From Candidatus Bipolaricaulota bacterium (GTDB taxonomy: Bacteria > Bipolaricaulota > Bipolaricaulia > UBA7950 > UBA9294): 46,619 nt of DNA. Positions 1-8,344 of this stretch are shown here, piece by piece. Positions within the stretch are counted from its first letter, which is position 1. Every line of letters starts with the position of its first letter. The stretch is from positions 1-46,619 of the forward strand of contig RXOA01000140.1 in assembly GCA_003979035.1 (NCBI GenBank). Direction: 5' to 3'. The position numbers and the translations under genes are program-made. The notes beneath the pieces were generated by a model. It made no database searches. It had not been told where the DNA came from and worked only from the letters and a program-made list of their open reading frames with translations.

Positions 1-1
1 C

Positions 2-382
2 CTCATCCGTTTCTTTACCGCTGATCCCGACGTCATCCGCCTTGGGACGAACATGCTTCTGCTGGTTGGATTCGCCTTCCCACTCATGGGAGTCATCGAA
101 GTCGTCCGCGGAACCTACCAAGGGTCAGGCCACACGGCGTACTCGATGGGATTCGATCTATTCAGGCTTTGGGCCCTTCGAGTCCCGCTCGTCTACATTC
201 TTGCCTTCACGCTCGGCATGGCTGCAAACGGCATATGGTGGGCGATGCTGGCGTCCAACTTCGGGACTGCTCTTGTTTCGTTGTTGTTCTTCATGACCGG
301 AAACTGGGAGAAGCGCGTTGTTCGGCCATCCGAAAGCCGTTTGGATGCCGATACGAAGACCTCCGCCGAGCTGGAGACATAG
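2..382 (+). CDS. MATE family efflux transporter, C-terminal fragment (5' end outside the window)
   Basis: Frame 2 is open from the window edge to the stop at 380-382. The translation (..FPLMGVIEVVRGTYQGSGHTAYSMGFDLFRLWALRVPLVYILAF..GIWWAMLASNFGTALVSLLFF) is the hydrophobic last-TM region typical of NorM/DinF-type MATE proteins. Confidence 0.6.
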   Translation, partial: LIRFFTADPDVIRLGTNMLLLVGFAFPLMGVIEVVRGTYQGSGHTAYSMGFDLFRLWALRVPLVYILAFTLGMAANGIWWAMLASNFGTALVSLLFFMTGNWEKRVVRPSESRLDADTKTSAELET

Positions 383-462
383 TCGCTCGATTGCCTTGCA
401 ATCAACGCAGACTGCACCTACCCTTTCCCCGACTTCGTGAATTGAACCGAAAGGGGGAGAGG

Positions 463-1758
463 ATGCCGGCAATCACCATCAACCACGCACGGGAACATAT
501 CGGCGAGCAAGTCACCATACAGGGGTGGCTCTACAACAAGCGATCAAGCGGCAAGATCCTCTTTCTTCAAGTCCGCGACGGGACCGGTGTGATTCAGGCC
601 GTCATTTCAGCCGTTGATACGTCCGCGCTCTTCGATCAGGCGGAGGGGTTGACTCGGGAGACATCTCTCGTGATGCGCGGGACCGTACGCGCAGATGACC
701 GCGCTCCTACAGGATGTGAGCTGCAACCGACGTCGATCGACGTGATTCACTCGCCGGACGTTCCGTTTCCGATCGACCTGAAGGAGCACACGCCGGGATT
801 CCTGATGGATCAACGTCACCTTTGGATCCGAACGGGGCGGCAGGTTCCGATTCTTCGGATTCGCGACGCGGTGTTCCGTGCCTTCCGGCAATTCTTCCAT
901 GACCGCGGTTTCATCGCCACGGAAGCCCCGATTCTGACCGGGACTTCGGTGGAAGGGACGACGACGTTGTTCGAACTTGACTACTTCGGTGACAAGGCCT
1001 ACCTCTCGCAAAGCGGGCAGCTCTACCTTGAAGCAACGGCAATGGCACTGGGGAACGTCTATTGGATCGGCCCTGCCTTCCGCGCCGAGAAGTCGAAAAC
1101 GCGCAAGCATATCACGGAATTCTGGATTGCCGAAGCGGAGATGGCGTTCTGCGATCATGCCGCCAACTTGGAGATTCAGGAGCAGCTTGTCTCGTACATC
1201 GTCGATTTCGTCGCGGGGGAACGGAAACAGGAGCTTCAACAGCTGGGCCGTGATCCAGCAGCGCTTCGCGCCCAGGTGAAGCTGCCGTTCCCGCGGATCG
1301 ACTACGCGGATGCAGTGGACAGGCTGAGCAAAGCCGGTCACGACATCACATTCGGAGATGATTTTGGCGCCCCTCATGAAGCGACGCTTGCCGAGATGTT
1401 CGGACGGCCCGTGTTTGTGGAGCGGTTCCCATCCGCGATGAAGCCATTCTACATGAAGCGTGATCCCAAGGATGAAGCACGCGTACTCGGAGCGGATCTC
1501 ATCGCCCCGGAAGGATACGGAGAGATCATCGGGGGAAGTCAACGCGAGGATTCATATGCCGCGTTGGTCGCTCACATGGAGGAACAGAAGCTTCCGCTTG
1601 ACGCCTATCAGTGGTACCTCGACCTCCGACGGTTCGGCTCCGTTCCCCATGCCGGTTTCGGGATGGGAATGGAGCGGGTCGTCACATGGCTCTGCGGCGC
1701 CGCTCACATCCGAGAGGCGATTCCGTTCGCCCGACAGATCAATCGGTTGTACCCTTGA
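463..1758 (+). CDS. asnS: asparagine--tRNA ligase (class IIb aaRS)
   Basis: ATG 463 follows an AAGGGGGAGAGG RBS. 431 aa. OB-fold N-terminus VTIQGWLYNKRSSGKILFLQVRDGTG; motif 2 region GPAFRAEKSKTRKHITEFWIAEAEMAF (EFW..E.E is AsnRS-like rather than AspRS-like); GGSQRE; motif 3 GFGMGMERV. The 169 start in the ORF track is an unsupported upstream extension. Confidence 0.85.
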   Translation: MPAITINHAREHIGEQVTIQGWLYNKRSSGKILFLQVRDGTGVIQAVISAVDTSALFDQAEGLTRETSLVMRGTVRADDRAPTGCELQPTSIDVIHSPDVPFPIDLKEHTPGFLMDQRHLWIRTGRQVPILRIRDAVFRAFRQFFHDRGFIATEAPILTGTSVEGTTTLFELDYFGDKAYLSQSGQLYLEATAMALGNVYWIGPAFRAEKSKTRKHITEFWIAEAEMAFCDHAANLEIQEQLVSYIVDFVAGERKQELQQLGRDPAALRAQVKLPFPRIDYADAVDRLSKAGHDITFGDDFGAPHEATLAEMFGRPVFVERFPSAMKPFYMKRDPKDEARVLGADLIAPEGYGEIIGGSQREDSYAALVAHMEEQKLPLDAYQWYLDLRRFGSVPHAGFGMGMERVVTWLCGAAHIREAIPFARQINRLYP

Positions 1759-2036
1759 GGCACGTCCGAAAGCGGTGCCAACACCTCTATACTTCAGCAC
1801 TTGGAACCTCTTCCGCGATGGAAACGAATCAAGAATAGGGGGTTCGCCGTGACGCCGCCTGCGCTTGTCGAGGCAGCCGCGAAGGTTGTTTGGGGCAGTC
1901 CACGCGAATCTCAAACGAGAAGAGCGACGTCTTCCCGATCAACCGATCTGACACCACCGGCTCGACGTCCTGTCCGATGGTGGATGTAAGTTCGCCCGCC
2001 GGACGCGAGGACTCGCTTGGACGTCCGGGTGCGTCC

Positions 2037-4160
2037 CTATGGGGACTCCCCCTTTTCTCCTTGCGTCCCACATGTGTCGATTCGGATCAGGATATCGACA
2101 GCTGCCGCACGATCCGCATCGGCAATGATCGGATTGACCTCAATCTCTGCGATCCCGGGAAGCTCCAATGAAAGCATCCCGATTCGAACAAGCGTATCCG
2201 CCAGCCGATCCAGATCGACGGCTGCCTGGCCGCGGAACGCTTCGAGAAGGGGGAACGCCCTGATTGAACGGATCATCCGCATCGCTTGATCCGGTGTGAT
2301 TGGGGCAATCCCGAACGCAACATCCTTGAGAACTTCCACAAGCGTGCCGCCGATCCCGAACATCAGCACGGGACCGAAGACCGGATCCCGCTTCATGCCA
2401 AGGATCAATTCGCGCCCTTTCAGCATCTCCTGAATGAGGATGCGCGCTCCGGAGAACTCCTCCCGTTCGGCAAGGGAAGACAATGCGCCAAACCCGGCTG
2501 CCAGCGATCGGTCCTCGCCAATCCCAGGAACCACAGCTCCGTGCTCAAACCGATGGAACAACTCCGGTGCGTCCAATTTGAGAACCACCGGATACTGCGA
2601 CCGTGCCACGAAGCCTCTTGCTTGCTCCAGATCGACGACGTATGAATGGCGGCAGACGTCGATGCCGTAGGCACCAAGAATCGTCGCTCCCTCTTCGAAG
2701 GTAAGCCCGCAGCGATGCTCGCGCGACGCCCGGCCAATCATCTCGGCCAGATCGTCCCTCTGGGTGATCGCCTGCCGAGGGTGGGGCCGGGGCACCCTAC
2801 GTGCCGCTTCAACCAAGAAGGAAGCAGCATCCACCGCGGATTCCGGAGTGATAAAGGACGGGATCCCGCGCGTGCTCAAGTGCGACGAGAACAACACAGC
2901 TTCATCGCTCCAACTCATCGGGCAGGCGACAATCGGAACCCTCGGTGTGGCGGCCGCCATACGAAGGATCGCATCCGCCACGGCCTTGGAGGATTCGTCC
3001 AGAACCAAGGGGGGCCGGAAGATCACGATCGCCAAATCGGTGTGCGGAAGAACTGTCTGCAGTGCTTGCTCGTAGTCGTCGGCCCCGGCCGTCGCGATCA
3101 TGTCGACGGGATTTCCAACACTGGCCTCCGCCGGGAGGAACGCACGCAATTCGGCCTGTGTATCCGGGTCAAGCGGGATCACGTCGAGTCCCGCGCGCTC
3201 GCACGCGTCAGCGGCAAGGATTCCCGCGCCACCGGCGTTGGTCAGAATCACGGCTCTGGCTCCTCGAGGCGGCGGTTGCTTGCCCAAAACACGGAGTGCG
3301 GTCAGCGCTTCATCCACCGTCGAAACGCGGACCGCACCAGATTGCCGGAGCAGGGCGTCGACAACGGCATCCGAGCTGGCGAGGGATCCCGTGTGCGACG
3401 CTACGGCGGCCGCGCCGGCCTCGGTGCGCCCCGCTTTGAGGACCACGACCGGCTTGGCTTGGCTGACGACCTCCACCCACGTCCGGAACACCGTCGGATC
3501 GGCGAAGCTCTCGAGGTAAAGGAAGATGACACGAACTTCGTCACTCGAGGACAGATACTCGAGAAAGTCGTTCTCCGTCAGCCCGACGCGATTCCCGAGA
3601 TTCACGAACAGGGACACCCCAAGTTGGACTTGCTCGAACAACTCGAGAAGCGTTTCGCCGAGCGATCCGCTTTGAGAAATGAACGCCACGCCGCCGGGGG
3701 TCGGAAACCACCTCGAGAACGAAGCATTCATTGAGACACCCGGGGCGCTGTTGATGATCCCCATGCAATTCGGTCCGACGATATTGAGGTGATGGCGTTT
3801 CGCCAATGACTCCAACGCCCGTTCCTGCGCGGCTCCTTCGGAGCCGGCCTCTTTGAATCCCGCCGTGATGATCACGAGGTTGCGAATTCCGCACATCCCG
3901 CATTGCTCGACAACACCATGCACGAGGCCTCGAGGAACCGCAATCACGGCCATGTCGGTTTCCGGAAGTTCGGACACATCCCGGTAGCAGCGCAATCCCT
4001 CCAGTTGGCTGTATTTCGGATTTACCGGGTAGAGCGTCCCTTGATACCCATGCCGAACGAGGTTGCGGAGGATTTCGCCGCCCACGGAGCCGGCTCGCTC
4101 GCTCGCTCCGATCACCGCAACCGCCGACGGAATCAGCAACCCTCTAAGATCTCTACTCAT
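2037..4160 (-). CDS. ADP-forming acyl/acetyl-CoA synthetase (fused alpha-beta, CoA-binding + ATP-grasp)
   Basis: 707 aa. N-terminus LLIPSAVAVIGASERAGSVGGEILRNLVRHGYQGTLYPVNPKY is the CoA-binding domain. ITAGFKE, HTGSLAS (phospho-His loop) and a C-terminal ATP-grasp-like half follow. Confidence 0.85.
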   Translation of the reverse strand: MSRDLRGLLIPSAVAVIGASERAGSVGGEILRNLVRHGYQGTLYPVNPKYSQLEGLRCYRDVSELPETDMAVIAVPRGLVHGVVEQCGMCGIRNLVIITAGFKEAGSEGAAQERALESLAKRHHLNIVGPNCMGIINSAPGVSMNASFSRWFPTPGGVAFISQSGSLGETLLELFEQVQLGVSLFVNLGNRVGLTENDFLEYLSSSDEVRVIFLYLESFADPTVFRTWVEVVSQAKPVVVLKAGRTEAGAAAVASHTGSLASSDAVVDALLRQSGAVRVSTVDEALTALRVLGKQPPPRGARAVILTNAGGAGILAADACERAGLDVIPLDPDTQAELRAFLPAEASVGNPVDMIATAGADDYEQALQTVLPHTDLAIVIFRPPLVLDESSKAVADAILRMAAATPRVPIVACPMSWSDEAVLFSSHLSTRGIPSFITPESAVDAASFLVEAARRVPRPHPRQAITQRDDLAEMIGRASREHRCGLTFEEGATILGAYGIDVCRHSYVVDLEQARGFVARSQYPVVLKLDAPELFHRFEHGAVVPGIGEDRSLAAGFGALSSLAEREEFSGARILIQEMLKGRELILGMKRDPVFGPVLMFGIGGTLVEVLKDVAFGIAPITPDQAMRMIRSIRAFPLLEAFRGQAAVDLDRLADTLVRIGMLSLELPGIAEIEVNPIIADADRAAAVDILIRIDTCGTQGEKGESP

Positions 4161-4707
4161 GTCGCGTCATCCCCCAAGCGATCACGGCCGCGAGACCCAA
4201 TGCAATGACCACATCGCCCACGCTGAATGCGGTCGATCCGGGAAGCCACGCCGGAAGGTACAATCGATCCCCGAGAAGATTGAGGCGCGTCACTCCGTCA
4301 CTCATCCGGATCACGTTGCCGACGACCCCCTCATCAACCAGTCGATCGGCGATGGCGCCATCCCCTGCCAGACGAAGCGCTGCGGGAAGCGACGGCATGT
4401 ACCCACCATTGATTCCAATGACCAGAACATTGAGTGCCGCCCCGGCGCCGGCGATCAACAGCGGGTAGCAGCGTCCATTCAGGAGAATGAATAGAAACAG
4501 CAACCCATACGATGCAAAATGCAGCGGCTCCGTTGCATACGGGAACAACGCTCTGGAAGAAAACAGCGGAAAGATCAGAAGCTGGATGACGAGCGCTCCA
4601 ACAACGAGTCCAAGAAATCGAAGCCGGATCAGCCGCAGATTGGAGAGGCGCCCTCGCAATGCATACCCCAGCAGGAGCCCTACGAGTACCCCAATGAGTA
4701 TCAGCAT
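4153..4707 (-). CDS. polytopic membrane protein, DUF5317-like
   Basis: 184 aa with about 5 hydrophobic segments. Overlaps the downstream acyl-CoA synthetase start by 8 nt. Sits directly after an HD-GYP gene, a context I associate with DUF5317; the family assignment is from memory, not a search. Confidence 0.55.
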   Translation of the reverse strand: MLILIGVLVGLLLGYALRGRLSNLRLIRLRFLGLVVGALVIQLLIFPLFSSRALFPYATEPLHFASYGLLFLFILLNGRCYPLLIAGAGAALNVLVIGINGGYMPSLPAALRLAGDGAIADRLVDEGVVGNVIRMSDGVTRLNLLGDRLYLPAWLPGSTAFSVGDVVIALGLAAVIAWGMTRHE

Positions 4708-4718
4708 AGCGAGACAGT

Positions 4719-6026
4719 CTACAGGGCGCAGGATGCGTTCTCAACGGCAAGAACCGCGTCGTCCTCCTCCTGCTCAAGATATGAGAGGAGGGCATCCGTG
4801 ATCGCAGGGTCAAGATCTCTTCCCTTCATCTCACAGAGGATATCTTTCGCTCTGGCAGAGGAGAAAGCCTTTCGGTATGGACGATCGGTCACCAGCGCGT
4901 CATAGACGTCGGCGGCACAGATGATTCTTGAGATCAGTGGGATCGCCTCGCCGGAAAGTCCGCTCGGATAGCCCGTGCCGTCCCAGTGCTCATGCTCATG
5001 CCGAACAGCATCGGCGACCGACGCGTAGATCTCCAGACCTTCAATCAACTCGGCACTAATCACCGGGTGCCGTTTCATCTCGACCCATTCCTCGGGCGTC
5101 AGCGGGCCTGCCTTGAGGAGAATCGAATCAGGAACGGCAACTTTTCCGATATCGTGGACGCGGGCGGCAACATCGATGGATTCGATCTGGCGTTGGGAGA
5201 GGCCCATCGTTCGTCCGATGCAGACAGCTAGTTCGGCGACCGACGTCGAATGCACGGCCGTGTAGTGATCCCGCTCATCCAGCAATTTGGAGATGTTTTC
5301 GAACGTTTTCCGAGCTTCCGTTTGCAGTTTCACCCAACCACGAAACGAAACGTGCACCAGCGCCAATGGGAACAACGCAAGAAAGACATGCCAGACGGAG
5401 ATCATGTACAGAACCGTGAGAAGAAGAGCCGCGACGCACAACACAACATACTGAACCGTGAATTCTTTCAATCCTCGAAGAAACGTGTAGATAAACGGGC
5501 GCCTCTCCGTCAAGCTGATGATGCTCGTCACCAAAGCAAGGTTGGCGATCAAGTAGATGGAGAATGCCATCACGGCATACACGTAGTCGGCTCCGGATCC
5601 CAAGACGAGAAGCTCATGCCCGGTAAATCGAAGGACAAGCCCGGAGAGCGTTGCCGTGACAATGAGTTGGCCGACGTTGAACAGCACGGGGATGACGAAT
5701 CCCTCGATCCCATCGCTGCGGTTATCCCAGCGCAGAAGCATTTCCGTGAACAGATTCGTCAAGAAGACAAGCAAGACAGCAAGAGGCAATCCGAGGATAA
5801 AGAGCGCGGCCAGGTAGATGGCAATCGAACTTGAGATCTCCATCCGAAACGCCGGAACCCAAGTCGCATACACTTCTGCAAGTCCGCCAAGCACAAGGAA
5901 AATGACGAACAACACAATCTGAGAACTGGTGATCGGCTCCCAGGTCGCCATCGCATAGGCAAGGCAGATCCCCGCAAGAACAACGAGAGCCCCTACATAG
6001 AAGCGAATCCTCGTCGCCGTGTTCAT
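4719..6026 (-). CDS. membrane-anchored HD-GYP domain protein (probable c-di-GMP phosphodiesterase)
   Basis: 435 aa. N-terminal about 230 aa is multi-TM. The C-terminus carries HDIGKVAVPDSIL ... HHEHWDGTGYPSGL ... ICAADVYDALVTDRPYRKA, i.e. HD and GYP signatures. Confidence 0.85.
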   Translation of the reverse strand: MNTATRIRFYVGALVVLAGICLAYAMATWEPITSSQIVLFVIFLVLGGLAEVYATWVPAFRMEISSSIAIYLAALFILGLPLAVLLVFLTNLFTEMLLRWDNRSDGIEGFVIPVLFNVGQLIVTATLSGLVLRFTGHELLVLGSGADYVYAVMAFSIYLIANLALVTSIISLTERRPFIYTFLRGLKEFTVQYVVLCVAALLLTVLYMISVWHVFLALFPLALVHVSFRGWVKLQTEARKTFENISKLLDERDHYTAVHSTSVAELAVCIGRTMGLSQRQIESIDVAARVHDIGKVAVPDSILLKAGPLTPEEWVEMKRHPVISAELIEGLEIYASVADAVRHEHEHWDGTGYPSGLSGEAIPLISRIICAADVYDALVTDRPYRKAFSSARAKDILCEMKGRDLDPAITDALLSYLEQEEDDAVLAVENASCAL

Positions 6027-6206
6027 GTCAAATGAGATTCAGCCTCCGCTTCAACAGAGATGTATGTCACATCCTATCAGAAGAAGCACTTGTCTGCTAT
6101 GTGCCTGACAAGAAGAGGCCGGGAAGATGGATTTGGGGGAATCAGTTCACGCGAGCACACCAAGAAGTCTCGATTCGTGAATCAGGAGCACCACATCCCC
6201 GTACGA

Positions 6207-6356
6207 TTAGCTGGGGTGCCACTTGATGCTCGAGCCGAGCAGCAATCCGAGCGTCGCGATCAACATCAACGCGTACAGCGCCTTGCTCCGAAACAGCCGC
6301 CCGACCAACTTGTTCGTTCGTTCCCCTGCCCGTTCGTTGTATCCGCCCCACTTCAC
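6207..6356 (-). CDS. small tail-anchored membrane protein, 49 aa (paralog A)
   Basis: GTG 6356 is preceded by AAGGAGG at 6 nt spacing. Translation VKWGGYNERAGERTNKLVGRLFRSKALYALMLIATLGLLLGSSIKWHPS, stop TAA. Not in the ORF track because it is short and starts with GTG; read by hand from the minus strand. Confidence 0.6.
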   Translation of the reverse strand: MKWGGYNERAGERTNKLVGRLFRSKALYALMLIATLGLLLGSSIKWHPS

Positions 6357-6404
6357 TGTCCGCCTCCTTTGTGATTGCGGTTCTTTCGATTCTTCTTCCC
6401 GTTC

Positions 6405-6554
6405 CTAGCTGGGATGCCACTTGATGCTCGAGCCGAGCAGCAATCCGAGCGTCGCGATCAACATCAACGTGTACAGCGCCTTCCCTCGAATCATCCGATG
6501 GAGCATTCGCGCAAGCCGTTCGCTCGCACCAAGGTTGTATCCTCCCCACTTCAT
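6405..6554 (-). CDS. small tail-anchored membrane protein, 49 aa (paralog B)
   Basis: Internal ATG 6554 of ORF 6405..6668, preceded by GGAGGGG. Translation MKWGGYNLGASERLARMLHRMIRGKALYTLMLIATLGLLLGSSIKWHPS. Same length and same C-terminal 27 aa region as paralog A. Confidence 0.6.
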   Translation of the reverse strand: MKWGGYNLGASERLARMLHRMIRGKALYTLMLIATLGLLLGSSIKWHPS

Positions 6555-6648
6555 AGGCCCCTCCAGCTCATATAGACGATACTCTGATATGTTACCTCGC
6601 ACGTTTCCTGAGTATACGATAAATTGACGCAAAACAAACGACAGCACA

Positions 6649-6670
6649 CGGTGTTCTTCTTCGTACACCG
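6649..6670 (-). terminator. possible intrinsic terminator downstream of hup-1
   Basis: 6-bp stem CGGTGT/ACACCG with a 10-nt loop. On the minus strand it is followed by TGTGCTGTCGTTTGTTTTGCG (T-rich). Lies 93 nt after the HU stop. Confidence 0.35.
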
Positions 6671-6762
6671 CTGGGCTGTCTATCCAAGAGCCTGTTCTCT
6701 TGCGTCCTCTGTATTCCCCATACTCCGAGCTCAGCTCACAGCCAGCACAACCCAGATCGGGA

Positions 6763-7053
6763 TTACTTTACCCGCACCTTCTTAGCAACGATCTCTTTGA
6801 GGTTCTTGCCCGCCTTGAATGCAGGTACCGTCTTTGCTGGTACCGAAATTCGCTTCTGTGTCTGCGGATTGATGCGCTTCGAAGCCTTTCGGACGCGCGC
6901 CTCGAACTTGCCGAACCCGGTCAGAAGGACGTCTTCTTTCTTGCTCAGCGCCTGAGCGACAAGCTCCACAAATGCATCAACAGCCAACCTTGATTGCTTT
7001 CTTGTCAACCCCGACTTAGCAGAAAGCTTGTTCACGAATTCCCCTTTATTCAA
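6763..7053 (-). CDS. hup: HU family DNA-binding protein
   Basis: 96 aa. MNKGEFVNKLSAKSGLTRKQSRLAVDAFVELV..LTGFGKFEARVRKASKRINPQTQKRISVPAKTVPAFKAGKNLKE is the canonical HU/IHF fold signature. Confidence 0.9.
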   Translation of the reverse strand: MNKGEFVNKLSAKSGLTRKQSRLAVDAFVELVAQALSKKEDVLLTGFGKFEARVRKASKRINPQTQKRISVPAKTVPAFKAGKNLKEIVAKKVRVK

Positions 7054-7087
7054 TGTGTCACCCCCCTTCTTCTAGATAAGTTTGAGC

Positions 7088-7117
7088 ATTATAGAGGCGG
7101 TAGATTGAGCTTGTCAA
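7088..7117 (-). promoter_or_regulatory. consensus sigma70-type promoter for hup-1
   Basis: The minus strand reads TTGACA (7117-7112), an 18-nt spacer, then TATAAT (7093-7088), about 35 nt upstream of the HU start. Confidence 0.6.
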
Positions 7118-7208
7118 GTGATGAAGGGCATTACAGTGACTCGTTCCCCAACGGACAACAACCAGCCTCGATGAGCGTACTTACGATCCCTACGAGGTTC
7201 GAACCGGT

Positions 7209-7237
7209 TTGACTTCACATCGCCGCCAAGGTAAAGT
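7209..7237 (+). promoter_or_regulatory. putative promoter of the rpsF-ssb-rpsR operon
   Basis: TTGACT (7209-7214), a 17-nt spacer, then TAAAGT (7232-7237), about 25-35 nt upstream of the rpsF start. Confidence 0.4.
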
Positions 7238-7261
7238 TATTTCCCGCAACGATAAGGAGAG

Positions 7262-7552
7262 GTGCAAGCGTTGAGAGACTACGAAATTGTCTATGTTCTC
7301 AAGTCCGACCTTTCGGAAGAAGATCGAACAGCCAAGATTGCCCGGATCCATGCATTGATTACGGACAACGGCGGGGAGATCGGGAAAACGGAAGAGTGGG
7401 GGAAACGCGTGCTTGCCTATGAAATCAAGCACAACAAAGAGGGATACTACGGCCTCGCCGAATTCCAGTTGGAGCCGTCGGCCGTGGAACAGATCAAGGA
7501 TCGCTTGAACATCGACGAGCAGATCCTCCGATATCAGATCGTCTGCCCCTAA
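7262..7552 (+). CDS. rpsF: 30S ribosomal protein S6
   Basis: ..RDYEIVYVLKSDLSEEDRTAKIARIHALITDNGGEIGKTEEWGKRVLAYEIKHNKEGYYGLAEF. The true start may be TTG 7271 (MRDYEIVY..), 9 nt after AAGGAGAG. Confidence 0.9.
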   Translation: MQALRDYEIVYVLKSDLSEEDRTAKIARIHALITDNGGEIGKTEEWGKRVLAYEIKHNKEGYYGLAEFQLEPSAVEQIKDRLNIDEQILRYQIVCP

Positions 7553-7567
7553 AGCAAGCGAGGAAAA

Positions 7568-7981
7568 GTGTCTGCCAGTCTCAACAAAGTCTTATTGATC
7601 GGGAATCTGACTGCCGACCCTGAGCTGCAGTATACTTCCGGCGGAACAGCACGCACTCGATTCAGTATTGCCGTCAACCGGCAGTACAAAGATCGCGAGG
7701 GGCAATTGCAGGAAGACGTTACGTTTGTGCCGATCGTTGCCTGGGGATCCCAGGCTGAGAACTGTGCCAATTACTTGAGCAAAGGCCGATCCGTGGCCGT
7801 AGAAGGCCGTTTGCGGATCTACAAATTCGAGACTGATGACGGAGACAAGCGTTCCATCACCGAAGTGGTCGCCCAGAACGTGCAATTCCTCGGTGGCGCT
7901 CAACGTGAACGAGTCGAACCGGGAACCGTCAAGAAGACGGATACATCGGTCATCCCCGAGGATGAGGAGGTTCCTTTCTAG
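7568..7981 (+). CDS. ssb: single-stranded DNA-binding protein
   Basis: 137 aa. LNKVLLIGNLTADPELQYTSGGTARTRFSIAVNR..FVPIVAWGSQAENCANYLSKGRSVAVEGRL OB fold and an acidic tail ..IPEDEEVPF. Confidence 0.9.
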   Translation: MSASLNKVLLIGNLTADPELQYTSGGTARTRFSIAVNRQYKDREGQLQEDVTFVPIVAWGSQAENCANYLSKGRSVAVEGRLRIYKFETDDGDKRSITEVVAQNVQFLGGAQRERVEPGTVKKTDTSVIPEDEEVPF

Positions 7982-7984
7982 ACC

Positions 7985-8239
7985 ATGTACTACCGACGAA
8001 GGCGCGTATGCCGTGTATGTGAGCGGAAACAAGAGCTGAACTATAAGAAGCCTGAGGAACTGAAGCAGTACATGAATCGCTTGGGGAAGATCCTCCCCCG
8101 TCGAGCGACCCGATTGTGTGCCAAGCATCAGCGACAATTGGCGCGCGAAGTCAACCGTGCCCGAATGTTGGCGTTGTTGCCCTACGTCGGCGTTGCATCG
8201 GCTGTTCCGAAGAAAAAGCGTACCACAAGACGAAGATAG
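7985..8239 (+). CDS. rpsR: 30S ribosomal protein S18
   Basis: 84 aa. RRRRVCRVC..LNYKKPEELKQYMNRLGKILPRRATRLCAKHQRQLAREVNRARMLALLPY, with a short basic C-terminal extension. Confidence 0.9.
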   Translation: MYYRRRRVCRVCERKQELNYKKPEELKQYMNRLGKILPRRATRLCAKHQRQLAREVNRARMLALLPYVGVASAVPKKKRTTRRR

Positions 8240-8291
8240 CGAACGATGCGCCCAAGGGGCCGTTAAGGTGTATCGTCTGAGAGTGTTGATT

Positions 8292-8324
8292 GCACACCCC
8301 GCTCAAGATGTGAGTGGGGTGTGC
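8292..8324 (+). terminator. hairpin (terminator or attenuator) after rpsR
   Basis: Perfect 9-bp stem GCACACCCC/GGGGTGTGC with further inner pairing, followed by TCTTCTCC. The GTG 8321 start offered by the ORF track lies inside the 3' arm. Confidence 0.45.
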
Positions 8325-8344
8325 TCTTCTCCAAGGACGATCCG

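Noticed and set aside
169-462. N-terminal 98-aa extension of the asnS ORF in the track
   Set aside because: The extension is Arg/Cys-rich and overlaps the MATE gene 3' end. A strong RBS precedes the internal ATG 463, whose product starts like a normal AsnRS.
607-1542. 311-aa antisense ORF inside asnS
   Set aside because: Shadow frame typical of high-GC DNA (Arg/Pro/Gly-rich, no motifs), fully covered by a confidently identified gene on the other strand.
1999-2028. Hairpin CCGGACG..CGTCCGG between convergent asnS and the acyl-CoA synthetase gene, as a terminator
   Set aside because: There is no U-tract on either strand, so it was not listed as a feature.
2646-3734. 362-aa plus-strand ORF, with neighbours 2764..3075, 2945..3439 and 3100..3519
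   Set aside because: Antisense to the ADP-forming acyl-CoA synthetase. Low-complexity Arg/Gly/Pro composition.
6142-6549. 135-aa ORF spanning both small-gene copies, with an internal repeat HVDVDRDARIAARLEHQVA
   Set aside because: The repeat is simply the duplicated DNA read in a different frame. There is no RBS. The alternative frame gives two RBS-preceded 49-aa membrane peptides.
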